Of a stretch of 64,000 nucleotides of DNA, positions 27,055 through 39,160 are shown piece after piece. The position numbers and the translations under genes were made by a program. Location of the stretch: the IMG/VR virus record IMGVR_UViG_3300046513_000348, positions 124,001 through 188,000 of that record; one strand, written 5' to 3'. The stretch's first letter is position 1. Each line of letters opens with the position of its first letter. The notes below the pieces were generated by a model. That model had not been told where the DNA came from. It made no database searches and was given only the letters and a program-made list of their open reading frames with translations.

Positions 27055-29235
27055 TTATTCAAACAATGATGCTTTTTGTTGTGCCGTCATGGCCATGAAG
27101 AAGTTCATGCCCAGGATGGGTTTGAGTCCAGTACCCGAGACGTCTGGCTTATTGACCAAACGTACTTCGATACGACTCATCGGGAAACGATGTTTAAAGA
27201 AGTGTCCACGAGACGGAGTATTCGGCCCGATGCTCAGGTCCATGTAGTGACGAGTCACAGCACGGGACTTGCGGTCAAGAACATCCGAGAAGATGTTGAT
27301 TGGAAGATTCTCGAGGTTGCGAGCCGACACATACTGGTTGAATGCGCGATGGTCGCCGACACGCATGTACTTGTGGCCCACGGCCGATACCTTCTGATCA
27401 CCCACACGAACACTTGGCATGTCCGTCATGATGGTTTCTTCGTCCGCCATCTTGGTGACCACCTGGATCGTGTAACTGGACAGATCCTTCAGTGCACTGG
27501 CCATTGCCTTCTGGATGTTGCGCAGACTCGGCGCAGTCGTCAGCGTCTTACCGATAGCAGCATTCACAATGGTTGCGTAGAGCGTTTCGAACTCACCGCG
27601 ATCCAGATCCTCGAAGTTCAGGTTACGGCTAAAGAGCCATTCCTTGAACGTCATGTCCGCTGGTTCCAGTCGGATGTATTCGTCCGCCCAGTAACGCTCG
27701 ATCAGCTTGAACACTTCGCCGCGTTCATGCATGCCTTCTTGGTAAGCCACCAAGTTGCGTTGCAGGTTCGCCGACTTCTGGATCTGAATCGTCTTCTGGT
27801 AGAAGGCGTCGATCGAGATCATGTCCTCGACTTCACGAACGTAAGTCTTAGCCGTGTTCCAGCTGAAGTCACTCACGTAATTCATGTCCGCCACGGAACG
27901 AATGTCGTCGTCACTCGGAAGAGGATAACGCTGCACTCGTTGGGCACCCATGAGGGGAATGTACCACGGATCAATGTCGTTTGATTTGAACAGGCAGTAC
28001 ACAGCCAGTACGTAGGCGTCCCTGACCGTCAGAATGATACGTTCTGCTGTCTTCGGGTTAGGAACGTTCAGGATCGCCGTGTAGCGGCCTTTAGCTGCGT
28101 AGTAGAGCCAGTGTGCCACCTGGATGTCTTCGAGCTTGTACGACTGGGCTGCCGAGTAGTCAATCATGGACGATTCGAGCAGTTTAGTTTGCACCACGTT
28201 GGACGGACTGTCACGAAGGAACTGTTCGATCTCTCCAGCCGCATAGGCGATCTCGTCGGAGTTGTCCGGAGCTTCCGGAACTTGCTTGGCCAGGAAGTTC
28301 ACCATGTTCACGTATTCAGGTGCACCAGCACTCGGAACAGGCGTCATGTTGGACCGCTTGAAAGTCACGGCCGGGTAAATGTTTTCAGTCTGATCCAGCG
28401 TGTCGTGGCGCATGGTGTACGAAGCGATCGGCAAGGAGCGCTTGGTCATCAGGGCATCGACCAGTTTATCGAGCGTATCGTTCTGGCCGGGATTGCGTTG
28501 GTAATACCGGATGTTCCGGTAGAAGTGCATCGCTTGATCCAGGTTCATGAACTTGTGGTACTTGCCCAAGTTACTGTGCGAGCTCAGATACTCGCGGACG
28601 TAGAAGCTGTGTGCTTCAATCGTCTTATGTTTCTTGAGGCGACTCAGCAGAATCGCCGGCACCAGGTTCATGTAGTACATCGACAGGACTACGTTGTAGT
28701 ACAAAGAGTCCGAGATTGTATACTGCCAGTTGTAGTAACGGCTGAAATAAATATCGGTCCACTTCTGGAGCTCTTCCACCAAGGTGTACTCGTTGCTCTC
28801 AACCAAGTTTTCCGGATACCCTAGTATTTTATGGTCAGGGGCGGCTATAGCAGTCGCCTTATCAACCGGATACAGTATCCCGAGAATCACGTCTTCTTGA
28901 CCAGGGTACTTTGCGAGCAGCTCGTCGTACTGACGGGTGCCGAACTGGTAGTCTCGCGCTGTGTTTCTGTGTCGGAGGAGATTGGTTTTGTTGAACTCAA
29001 TCTCTTCGAGGTTATCTGATGAGGTAACCATCATGACGGTATCGGTCGGGTGATACTCTCCGGCCAAGTTCATGTAGTATTTCCACGTCTCCGGTTTTTC
29101 GAGATCGGTTTCGTATTCAAGGAATTGGAACAGTCGATCATTCGTGCGTTGTGCCACGTACTCGGACTTAACCACAAGGGTCTGAGCCAGTGTCATGACG
29201 CTATTCAGATAGACTTTAAATGAATTATCGCTCAC
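27055..29235 (-). CDS. Virion structural protein (phiKZ gp128-like by position)
   Basis: 726 aa, TWKYYMNLAGEYH motif, head-to-head with the portal gene. The start may be GTG 29235 or ATG 29196. Confidence 0.7.
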   Translation of the reverse strand: MSDNSFKVYLNSVMTLAQTLVVKSEYVAQRTNDRLFQFLEYETDLEKPETWKYYMNLAGEYHPTDTVMMVTSSDNLEEIEFNKTNLLRHRNTARDYQFGTRQYDELLAKYPGQEDVILGILYPVDKATAIAAPDHKILGYPENLVESNEYTLVEELQKWTDIYFSRYYNWQYTISDSLYYNVVLSMYYMNLVPAILLSRLKKHKTIEAHSFYVREYLSSHSNLGKYHKFMNLDQAMHFYRNIRYYQRNPGQNDTLDKLVDALMTKRSLPIASYTMRHDTLDQTENIYPAVTFKRSNMTPVPSAGAPEYVNMVNFLAKQVPEAPDNSDEIAYAAGEIEQFLRDSPSNVVQTKLLESSMIDYSAAQSYKLEDIQVAHWLYYAAKGRYTAILNVPNPKTAERIILTVRDAYVLAVYCLFKSNDIDPWYIPLMGAQRVQRYPLPSDDDIRSVADMNYVSDFSWNTAKTYVREVEDMISIDAFYQKTIQIQKSANLQRNLVAYQEGMHERGEVFKLIERYWADEYIRLEPADMTFKEWLFSRNLNFEDLDRGEFETLYATIVNAAIGKTLTTAPSLRNIQKAMASALKDLSSYTIQVVTKMADEETIMTDMPSVRVGDQKVSAVGHKYMRVGDHRAFNQYVSARNLENLPINIFSDVLDRKSRAVTRHYMDLSIGPNTPSRGHFFKHRFPMSRIEVRLVNKPDVSGTGLKPILGMNFFMAMTAQQKASLFE

Positions 29236-29246
29236 GGTAGGTGTCC

Positions 29247-32240
29247 ATGTCCAGCGTTAAAATTGTTGAAAACATTAATCAGGTCACAAATGGCCGAAGG
29301 GTGCCAGTCCTGGAGTTCGTTCGCCAGTACAAACCCCTCGCCGCTGCGGTCAGCAAGGCTACGCCTGGCACGGACCGTGTGACCCGTGATGCCGCAGGGA
29401 ATCGCAAGATCAGCTCGCCTGATGCTGCGTCCATGATCAGCATCCATCGAAATATCAGCCGTCGAAATAAAGACGCAAAGATGACCTTCCAGATGTTGCC
29501 AGACTTGAAGCTGGCGATGGAAATGGTCGTTTCGCTCATCATGTCCCCGAAGGACATGTTCAGTGACGAAGTTATTATTCTGTCGGACGCAATGGATCTG
29601 CTGCCTGCCTCGATGATGCAGTCGATGCTCCAAGTCACGACCGATTACTATCGCAAGAATTACGACCTGTCGGAATTCCTCCAACACATGCTCACTGAAA
29701 CGCTCGGCTACCAAGGCGCTTTGCCGGTAGTGATCATTCCAGAGAACGCACTGGACGACGTAATCAATAACTACAACGCCAATCTGTCGCTCGAATCCTT
29801 CCGGAGTGAATTCGACGTAGAGCGTAATATCCCCCACCCCATCGAGCTTCTGGGCGTACCAGACTATCTGTCCGGGCAAACTAATAAAAACACAGCAGGC
29901 GGAAGCCGCATCAAGTTCGGTTCCCGTGTCAGTTTCGACCTGCAGTCGTTCGAGCAAGTTCGTGGCGGTAGCCGGACCAAACCTTCGACGCAGACGGCAC
30001 ACATCGGCCTGTCCAAGCTCCTCGTCTCGAACGAAAGCGAAGCGGCCAAGGGCGAATGGAAATTCAAAGGCATTACGGCTGCTACCGAAGCACCCGAACT
30101 CAATGCCGATGAAATGATTTACGTCACCGACAACATCGCAGCTCTGAAGCTTCCGACCCTGCGTACTGCCTCGCTGGAATCTCGCGTCGGTCATGTTCTG
30201 AACAAGAAGGGCTACAACAAACTGCAAGCATCGCTGGAATCGATGCAAGAATCGTTCAAGAAGAAGATGGCCGACAAACAGAAAGCCGAAGGTCGTACGC
30301 CGACTGACGCTGAAGTCGAATCCCTCATCTTCAAGAATCGTCGTTTCGCACATACGCCGGTTGCATCGCTGCGCAACAACGCACAGCTGAAGCGTAACTC
30401 GATCGGCGAAGCCATGATCAAGATCCTCGATACGGCCTGCTTCATTCCCGTGTCCGTGGAAGGCGATCCGACCCGTAAGCTGGGCGGCTTCATCATGCTG
30501 GACGAGGACGGTAATCCGCTCTCGACCTACAACGCTGATCCGGATGAGATCGTTGACCTGTCGACCTATGCGCAAGGTGGCGGTAACTTCATCAGCAGCA
30601 TGAACGATCGCTCCGATTCGATCATGAACGGCAAGAAGGCCAATGAAGTCCCGAACTACATGGTCAAGAAGTTCTTCACTCGTGCATTCGCCGAGATGGT
30701 CGAGAAGGATCTGATCGACCGCGTGAAGAACGGCCAGTACGACAACGGCGTACAGCTCGGTAGCAACGAAGACTTCTACTGGCTGATGCTCACTCGCTGC
30801 ATGAAGGGTCAACGTACCCAGCTGCTGTGGGTTCCGGAAGAGTTCCTGGTGTATTTCGCCATGGACTACGACGAACTGGGCTTCGGTAAGTCGCTACTCG
30901 ACGACATCCGCAACATCACCAGCATGCGTATCATGCTGATGGTCGCAGGTATCCAAGCGTCGCTTCGTAACTCGATCGGCCGTACCAAGGTCACGATTAA
31001 GCTGGACGAAGAAGACCAGGATGCAGGTAAGACCATCGAAGACATCCAGGACGAAATCCTGAAGTCCCGAATGAATCCGATCCCGTTCGGCATCAACAAC
31101 GTGGCGGATATCTCGAAGTACATGCAGCGTTCGTGCTACGAGTTCGAGATCTCGGGCAGTTCGGCTTTGCCGGACATGCAGGTGTCCTTCGACCAATACA
31201 ACACGCAGTATCCGAAACCGGATGAAGATCTGCAGAATCAGCTGAAGGATCTGTCGATCCAGCACTTCGGCCTGACTCGCGACATGATCGATGCTGCCGA
31301 AGGCGTGGAATTCGCTATCCAGGCTGCAACCAATAACCTGATGACCATGAAGCGCGTCATGCGCTGGCAACGCAAGGTCGTCCCTCAGGCTTCGGAATTC
31401 ATCCGCAAGATCTCCCTGAACAGTGAATCGCAGCTGAACAATCTGCGCGACATCATTCAGAACAACTTCAAGAACTTGCAAGTTGAAAAGGTCAAGCGTT
31501 ACTTCGGTATCGAAGACGAAGCCCTGATGCAAGATGAAGACTTCAAACGCCTCGTGACCGAGCAGTGCCTGAACGCTTTCATCAACAACCTCTACATCGA
31601 GCTCCCATCGCCTGCGGCAAGCACGCTGGAAGCACAGAAGCAGATGTTCGAAGATGCGGCCGAGTTCTACAAGTCGGCACTCGAGTACATCGTCAACGAA
31701 TCGTTCTTCGATACGTCGATCCAAGGCGAAGGCCTGTCGGACCACGTCGACATGATCAAGAACATCCTGCTGTCGCACTACATGCGCGACTACATGGCCA
31801 AGAACGGTATCCTGCCAGAACTGGCAGAGCTCACCACGATCGGCGAAGACGGCAAGACCGGTATGAATGTCATGGACTCCTTGGAGAAACACATCAAGGC
31901 TCTGGGCATGAGTACCGAGAACTTCTTTGCCCGCTTCAAAGATTTCGCCATTAAGCAGACTGCTCTCATGCAGGCTGTTCCAGACGGTAGCACCAGTGGT
32001 GAAACCGAAACCGGTGGTGGTGGCGGTGGTTCGGATGGCGGCTCCGGCGGAGGCGATGACTTCGGCGGTGGTGGCGATGACGATCTGTTCGGTGGTGGCG
32101 GCGGCCTCGACGATGATCCATTGGCTGGTGGCGATGGTGCTGAAGGCGGTTCGGGTGATGATCTGGATGCTGAACCTAACGGCGCCGCTGGTCCCGACGC
32201 TCCATCGGGCGGTTCCAAGTCGGACGACGCACCTGAGTAA
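29247..32240 (+). CDS. Portal protein (phiKZ gp129-like)
   Basis: About 997 aa with FQMLPDL.LA..MVVS.IMSPKD, G.G.SLLDD.. and an acidic Gly/Asp tail, in the conserved context. Confidence 0.8.
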   Translation: MSSVKIVENINQVTNGRRVPVLEFVRQYKPLAAAVSKATPGTDRVTRDAAGNRKISSPDAASMISIHRNISRRNKDAKMTFQMLPDLKLAMEMVVSLIMSPKDMFSDEVIILSDAMDLLPASMMQSMLQVTTDYYRKNYDLSEFLQHMLTETLGYQGALPVVIIPENALDDVINNYNANLSLESFRSEFDVERNIPHPIELLGVPDYLSGQTNKNTAGGSRIKFGSRVSFDLQSFEQVRGGSRTKPSTQTAHIGLSKLLVSNESEAAKGEWKFKGITAATEAPELNADEMIYVTDNIAALKLPTLRTASLESRVGHVLNKKGYNKLQASLESMQESFKKKMADKQKAEGRTPTDAEVESLIFKNRRFAHTPVASLRNNAQLKRNSIGEAMIKILDTACFIPVSVEGDPTRKLGGFIMLDEDGNPLSTYNADPDEIVDLSTYAQGGGNFISSMNDRSDSIMNGKKANEVPNYMVKKFFTRAFAEMVEKDLIDRVKNGQYDNGVQLGSNEDFYWLMLTRCMKGQRTQLLWVPEEFLVYFAMDYDELGFGKSLLDDIRNITSMRIMLMVAGIQASLRNSIGRTKVTIKLDEEDQDAGKTIEDIQDEILKSRMNPIPFGINNVADISKYMQRSCYEFEISGSSALPDMQVSFDQYNTQYPKPDEDLQNQLKDLSIQHFGLTRDMIDAAEGVEFAIQAATNNLMTMKRVMRWQRKVVPQASEFIRKISLNSESQLNNLRDIIQNNFKNLQVEKVKRYFGIEDEALMQDEDFKRLVTEQCLNAFINNLYIELPSPAASTLEAQKQMFEDAAEFYKSALEYIVNESFFDTSIQGEGLSDHVDMIKNILLSHYMRDYMAKNGILPELAELTTIGEDGKTGMNVMDSLEKHIKALGMSTENFFARFKDFAIKQTALMQAVPDGSTSGETETGGGGGGSDGGSGGGDDFGGGGDDDLFGGGGGLDDDPLAGGDGAEGGSGDDLDAEPNGAAGPDAPSGGSKSDDAPE

Positions 32241-32260
32241 ATAAAAAACGAAAGCATACT

Positions 32261-32288
32261 CCTACTCCTGCCTTTCGGCAGGAGTAGG
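32261..32288. terminator. Bidirectional stem-loop
   Basis: CCTACTCCTGCC-TTTC-GGCAGGAGTAGG, flanked by GCATA and TTTTATGC. Confidence 0.8.
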
Positions 32289-32302
32289 TTTTATGCCGTC
32301 TA

Positions 32303-33121
32303 TTAGCCAGGGAATGCGGAAGTGGGTGGAGCAAAGTTACCACGAGCTCGTGCTACACCTTTCGTATATCGAACTTCATCGAAGTACAAATCTTTCGATT
32401 GAAGTGTCAAGGTGTAATTGTTACCGAGGTCCAGCTGACTGCTATATTGCGCACCGGTCCAATTAGGATTCGGAATCGAGAACTGACGAACGCCATTGAG
32501 GTAGCCTTCGAAGTTCTTTTTTCGCATCTGGAACAGCAGATGGACCATTCGCGTAGTCGATAGCTGATCCCAGTAATTAACGCCTGTAGTTAAGTACGTA
32601 TTCCACCATGCGGTCGGAGAGACGCCAGACAGACCTTGCATGGTGTAACATAGTGTCTTGTTCGGATCGATGTAGAAGTAAAACGACATCGGACGACCAC
32701 TCGTAAAACCAGATGGCGGATAACCAGCCGTCGGGAAGGACGTAGTGAGGTCAGCAGAATAACGATCCGTTGCAAGTGGATTGAGTGCCGTCATTGCGGC
32801 ATTCTTTTTAGCGACATAGAACTCGAGAGTAAAGTCGTCATTATGGTTATTGATGTTGGGTTTCGTCGGATTACAGAAGGCGACAGCGGTCGCAGCTGCT
32901 GAAACATCGACGGCCGTGGAGCCATAGGCGACGACGGCATTAACGAATTTTGCCGAAGAATAAATTCCAGCCGAAGCCGAGTTGCCGGTAACTTCAGCGA
33001 CACCGATCGAGGCCGTGCCAGCACCCGCCTGTTGGCCAGGTGTGCCGTCCCAATGGAGAAGAAGCGAAGCTGGCGAAGAATTGTTGTAATTCTTCTGCGT
33101 TATTAGTGCTGTTTCAAGCAT
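32303..33121 (-). CDS. ConA-like lectin/LamG-domain protein
   Basis: LLLHWDG...DDFTLEFYV...FEGYLNG...YFDEVRYTKGVARARGNFAPPTSAF, the pattern of phage LamG/ConA tail modules. Confidence 0.75.
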   Translation of the reverse strand: MLETALITQKNYNNSSPASLLLHWDGTPGQQAGAGTASIGVAEVTGNSASAGIYSSAKFVNAVVAYGSTAVDVSAAATAVAFCNPTKPNINNHNDDFTLEFYVAKKNAAMTALNPLATDRYSADLTTSFPTAGYPPSGFTSGRPMSFYFYIDPNKTLCYTMQGLSGVSPTAWWNTYLTTGVNYWDQLSTTRMVHLLFQMRKKNFEGYLNGVRQFSIPNPNWTGAQYSSQLDLGNNYTLTLQSKDLYFDEVRYTKGVARARGNFAPPTSAFPG

Positions 33122-33190
33122 ATGTGCCCCGTTAGTATTTTTGAACCACAGTATCTGCCCTCATCAGCAAAGCAAAAAAAAATAAGACAT

Positions 33191-33216
33191 ACTGGATGGG
33201 CTCGCGCCCATCCAGT
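33191..33216 (-). terminator. Stem-loop downstream of ligase
   Basis: ACTGGATGGGC-TCGC-GCCCATCCAGT, followed on the minus strand by ATGTCTTATTTTTTTTT. Confidence 0.8.
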
Positions 33217-33224
33217 GTCATGTG

Positions 33225-35288
<2,064 letters not shown>

Positions 35289-35307
35289 TTAGGGGTGAGT
35301 CACATGA

Positions 35308-35317
35308 ATGATATATT
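35308..35317 (-). promoter_or_regulatory. AATATATCAT motif, candidate phage promoter upstream of ligA
   Basis: The identical 10-mer occurs in three intergenic gaps (35308, 41870, 53834), each upstream of a minus-strand gene. Confidence 0.5.
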
Positions 35318-35387
35318 CGTGAAAAAATTATGCGGCATAAAGGAATACCACGACTACGCCTTCTGGCGTAGTCGTAGATCCGGCGTA

Positions 35388-35903
35388 TTACACCGTCGGC
35401 GTTTCAGCCTTCGGCAGGGCGCTGTAGCCCATTTGCAGGACGCGGTGGAAGCGTTCCAGGTCGCGGAAGCCGGCGACCAGCAGTGCTTCTTCGTTCGTCG
35501 TTTCATGGACTTGCTTGTCGCGATTGGCGACGATCACTTCCATGACTTCGTCCAGCTTTTCGATCATGCTCGGGAACTTGTTCAGGAATTCCGGCTCGGT
35601 CTCGTAGTCGATGACAGTGCGGGAAGCGATGATCAGGTCGGTCAGACGATTGATCGAGCGGTCCAGGAACTGCAGGCGCATCTGGATTTCGGCGCCGGCT
35701 GGCGGCTGGCCCGGCAGCGGGGCGATCTTCGATTGCAAGGCCTTGGCCATTTCTTGCATTTGCACGAAGCGCAGGTCGACGGCTTCTTCCAGGGTCTGGA
35801 TATAGACCGGCAGGACTGCTTTCACGTCGGCGACGGTGGTCTTCTTTTTGATGATCGGCTGCGGCTTAGCGGCGGACAGATCGATGAGGCTGCTTTGAGT
35901 CAT
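35388..35903 (-). CDS. Hypothetical protein
   Basis: SD CAGGAG before MTQSSLIDL, phage codon bias. Confidence 0.7.
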   Translation of the reverse strand: MTQSSLIDLSAAKPQPIIKKKTTVADVKAVLPVYIQTLEEAVDLRFVQMQEMAKALQSKIAPLPGQPPAGAEIQMRLQFLDRSINRLTDLIIASRTVIDYETEPEFLNKFPSMIEKLDEVMEVIVANRDKQVHETTNEEALLVAGFRDLERFHRVLQMGYSALPKAETPTV

Positions 35904-36168
35904 TCTGAGGCTCCTGTTGCTTTTGAAAGTGTCGCATTCTCTTGATGAGTTTGCGGTTGAAACGTCCGAGTACGGCTGCCCAGTGTTCATTGGGAACCAT
36001 CTCGAACATTAAACGTGTCGCTTGAGCATGCTGATGCAATGCCGCTGCGACGGTGGGTGCTTCGTGAAATGGAAAGCGTCGGAGGATCGTGTGTTCCTGA
36101 TCCGAATTGTGAATCTGCTTGAGAGTCACATCCAGATCAGGAATGCCTCCAATAAGGCCGCGCTTCAT
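35866..36168 (-). CDS. Hypothetical protein
   Basis: 100 aa, starts 3 nt after the upstream stop and fills the gap. Confidence 0.5.
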   Translation of the reverse strand: MKRGLIGGIPDLDVTLKQIHNSDQEHTILRRFPFHEAPTVAAALHQHAQATRLMFEMVPNEHWAAVLGRFNRKLIKRMRHFQKQQEPQNDSKQPHRSVRR

Positions 36169-36171
36169 GGC

Positions 36172-36909
36172 TTAGTGGAACACCGGCTTGTCGTCGGCTT
36201 CAGCCGGCTTGACTTCGTCGGCGATCAGCTTGGTGCCTTCTTCCAGACGCTTGTTGTGGAACGGGATGTCGACCAGCAGGAACTCGATGATCGAGTCGCG
36301 AATGCGGTTGACGATGAAGGTCTTCATGTAGCCTGTGCGCCTCGATACGGCGCCCCATTCTTGTGCCAAGCTCTGGAGATGCTCGGTCAGTTCGAACGAA
36401 CTGCGCGGCGGCAGCTTTTTATTCGGAATGACGACGTTGATGTCTTCGTAGATCGTGTCGACGTAACGATGGCGGTACGATTCCAGATTGAATTGAATCA
36501 TATCGATGTTCCAGCGCTCGACTTCTTCCGGCATCATCGACTCGAAGTAGTACATGAAGTTCGACACCGACAGAACGACCACCTGACGGATACGACGCAG
36601 CTCGGCGTTGATCATCTTGTCCGTGGGGTACTTCGGATCAGTGGTCTCGCCTTCGGCCGTCAGGTAGGCCTGACTCAGGAAACCCTTGAACTGCATTTCG
36701 GCCATTTTAGCCATGCGCTGAGCGCTCTTCGGACCTTGGGCCAGCAGGGTAGCGTTGTAGCGGCTACCGCCTTCCTTGTTCTGATCGTAGATGCGTTTCT
36801 GCCAGTAGAAGTTCTGGCGGATTTGCTCGAGGCCGAACAAAGCCTTTTCTTCGAGCGTACCGTTGGCTGGGTACGGATCGTGGTTGTCGAGATCGGGAGG
36901 ACCAAACAT
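36172..36909 (-). CDS. Hypothetical protein
   Basis: 245 aa with SD AAGGA and strong codon bias. Confidence 0.75.
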   Translation of the reverse strand: MFGPPDLDNHDPYPANGTLEEKALFGLEQIRQNFYWQKRIYDQNKEGGSRYNATLLAQGPKSAQRMAKMAEMQFKGFLSQAYLTAEGETTDPKYPTDKMINAELRRIRQVVVLSVSNFMYYFESMMPEEVERWNIDMIQFNLESYRHRYVDTIYEDINVVIPNKKLPPRSSFELTEHLQSLAQEWGAVSRRTGYMKTFIVNRIRDSIIEFLLVDIPFHNKRLEEGTKLIADEVKPAEADDKPVFH

Positions 36910-36918
36910 GTTCGTTCC

Positions 36919-37269
36919 TTAAAAATAGTTTTCAAAAGGGAATTCGTGCATCGGATGGGATTCAACCTGGACGGCCTTTTCCTTGATGAATGCAACTTGA
37001 CCATCCGGCAGAACAATGTGTTCATTCGAATCGTAGACGGCGATGTGGAAGCCGTACTCACGCAGAAGAACAAAGCTCTGAATCGCACCCATCAGAAGTT
37101 CAGGCGATTCGAAAGCGTAATGGTGCGGTGCGCCGCAGCGGAGCCCTTCGCACATGTCTTGCGGCTCCTTCAGGTAGACCATTGCATCAGATGCGAAACG
37201 GCCTGGCCCTGCATTGTGGGTGAAGGGACCCTGACCCGAGACCGGATGTTCAATCCGGAAGACCTTCAT
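36919..37269 (-). CDS. Hypothetical protein (MKVFRIEH..GQGPF type small phage protein)
   Basis: An ATGA overlap with the upstream stop at 37266 favours ATG 37269 over the 37407 start in the ORF track. Confidence 0.65.
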   Translation of the reverse strand: MKVFRIEHPVSGQGPFTHNAGPGRFASDAMVYLKEPQDMCEGLRCGAPHHYAFESPELLMGAIQSFVLLREYGFHIAVYDSNEHIVLPDGQVAFIKEKAVQVESHPMHEFPFENYF

Positions 37270-37802
37270 GAGTTCAAAGCTCGTTTCGATCTTCTTGGGT
37301 TTTGTTGCACCTGCATTGTGTTGCTGGGATCTTGCAGCTGCCTGGCGGCGGAGACGACCTCGGAGTCCACGCATAGCTGCTCGGCGTTCAGCACGATTTC
37401 CTTCCATGTTTTCAAATCCTCACTTAAGATGAAGCAAAGCGGAAGTTGCGCAAGGCGCATCTTGGCGTCGTGTAACGGAACATAAATGTCCGAGTACACA
37501 AACTGCACGTTCTTCCCATTCACTTCGAGCACAGACGACAACAGGTGATAGACCTGGATCTTTTCCTGCGGTTTGCCGTGCATGTTCGCCAGGGCGTAAC
37601 GGTTCTGAGAAATCAACTGATGGCGGGCCAACAGTGCGTTCATCATGATGACGCGGTTATCATCGTCGCCGTGTCGCCGGGCTACTTCGTTGTATAAATC
37701 CTGCAAGAGCTGGTGGCCCCAGTCATAAATGCCAAATGGCAAGCAGGCGATGCTTTGTTGAAATGGACTGATGTCCAGTAGTTGAACTGTTTTGTTTGTC
37801 AT
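37266..37802 (-). CDS. Hypothetical protein
   Basis: 178 aa with SD GGAG upstream. Confidence 0.65.
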   Translation of the reverse strand: MTNKTVQLLDISPFQQSIACLPFGIYDWGHQLLQDLYNEVARRHGDDDNRVIMMNALLARHQLISQNRYALANMHGKPQEKIQVYHLLSSVLEVNGKNVQFVYSDIYVPLHDAKMRLAQLPLCFILSEDLKTWKEIVLNAEQLCVDSEVVSAARQLQDPSNTMQVQQNPRRSKRALNS

Positions 37803-37857
37803 GTCAGTCCGCTCCGAAATGAGGAGACACAGGCCTCCTCATTATTCCTTTCAGTTG

Positions 37858-39096
37858 TTAATTTTTATCGTTTTTCTCCCCGTCGAGGCGAACTTGGGTA
37901 ACGTTCAGTTCCGCTTGGGGAACGATCACGTTATTGTAGTGTTCGAGTTGCATCTCTTCGTTCTGTTTGAAACGGAACTCTTCACGCATGCGAATGTTCC
38001 CGCCGGTTTGCAGGAGATGTTCCACGACCAGATACTCGTAGTAGCCGAGATGATGCCAGATCGCAACAGCGTCCCATGCAGCGTTATGCTGTTTGGCATC
38101 TTTGAGTCGGGTCGGATAGCCGTCGACGTAATCGATGTGGAATTGGAACTTCTTCATGCAACCGATACGGACACCCATGCCCAAGTGCAGCAGAGGGGCG
38201 ATGTAGCCGACATCGGTGGGGAAATCGACGTGGACAACAACATCGTCGCAGCCCTTCGTGCATTCGTGACCGATGACGAATTGCAGGAAGTTCTGGAAAG
38301 TATCGTTCTTGGCAGCCAGATCCCAGACAGTGGTACCCGGAGGAACGTCGAGCAGAACGCTGTTGACGTTTTGCTGGATCCATTCGTTCTTGGTTTTCTC
38401 TGCTTCGCGCGAATCGAATGCATAGTAAACCTTGCCTTCCTTGGACACAATGCCCAAGGAGATGAGTGAACGCGTTTCGTCGTCGAACTCGCAGTCAGCG
38501 AACAGATGGACCGTCGTGATTGCCGTCTTTGGACGAATGACTTCACCATCGACACCGAGATACGCCCAGCCCACGATCTTTCTCACTTCGTGAGGCATGA
38601 AGTAGCGCTCGCGCTCGATGTCGTCCCGACCGAATTTGACGCGACCTTTAGCCGTCAGATCGCCCAGGAGATGAGCACCGCGCAACAGTTCCAGGAAAAC
38701 AATCTCGGTTCTCGTACCACCGCCTTCGAAAGACATTTCGTGTTTGACGAACATCCCTTCAGCTGGAGTAGGACGACCTTCGAAACAGACGACGATCGGA
38801 GTGTCGGTCGGCGGCCAGTAATCGAGGATGACTTCTTTCGGGTTCGCATTGGAACGAATGACCGCCCAGTCCTTCTGCATTTCTTCATGCTGCATGACGT
38901 TCATCGGCGTCTTGCCCATGAGATACAAACCGTATGTCACGCCGTGGAATTCTTCGGGCGGAAACACGACCGGATGTTTCTGTTCCAATGTGAAGACGGG
39001 CTTCCGGTCACGTTGTGGATCAGAGATCTTCAGCACGAAGTCGGGATGCGGTACTCCCGACATTTGTTTGAATGCCTGTAATGCATTTTTCAACAT
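37858..39096 (-). CDS. Protein with C-terminal DEDDh 3'-5' exonuclease domain (Rv2179c/RNase AS-like)
   Basis: HLFADCEF (DxE), LISLGIV, DFPTD and HNAAWDA (H..D), plus an extra N-terminal domain of about 180 aa. Confidence 0.75.
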   Translation of the reverse strand: MLKNALQAFKQMSGVPHPDFVLKISDPQRDRKPVFTLEQKHPVVFPPEEFHGVTYGLYLMGKTPMNVMQHEEMQKDWAVIRSNANPKEVILDYWPPTDTPIVVCFEGRPTPAEGMFVKHEMSFEGGGTRTEIVFLELLRGAHLLGDLTAKGRVKFGRDDIERERYFMPHEVRKIVGWAYLGVDGEVIRPKTAITTVHLFADCEFDDETRSLISLGIVSKEGKVYYAFDSREAEKTKNEWIQQNVNSVLLDVPPGTTVWDLAAKNDTFQNFLQFVIGHECTKGCDDVVVHVDFPTDVGYIAPLLHLGMGVRIGCMKKFQFHIDYVDGYPTRLKDAKQHNAAWDAVAIWHHLGYYEYLVVEHLLQTGGNIRMREEFRFKQNEEMQLEHYNNVIVPQAELNVTQVRLDGEKNDKN

Positions 39097-39127
39097 TGTA
39101 AAAAATCCCCAAGTAATAAAAATAAAA

Positions 39128-39153
39128 GCAGAGGTGGGTTTCCCCACCCCTGC
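39128..39153 (-). terminator. Stem-loop
   Basis: GCAGAGGTGGG-TTTC-CCCACCCCTGC (one mismatch) with TTTTATTTTT downstream on the minus strand. Confidence 0.7.
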
Positions 39154-39160
39154 CGCCTTC

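Noticed and set aside
29196-29247. Head-to-head genes with almost no intergenic space
   Set aside because: This probably reflects start-codon uncertainty and short phage promoters lying within coding sequence. The arrangement matches the recalled gene order of phiKZ-like phages, so it is not unusual.
32000-32230. GGC/GGT-rich low-complexity stretch
   Set aside because: It encodes the acidic Gly/Asp tail of the portal protein and is not a separate element.
37270-37407. Apparent 140-nt overlap of ORFs 36919-37407 and 37266-37802
   Set aside because: An ATGA-coupled start at 37269 (MKVFRIEH) removes the overlap.
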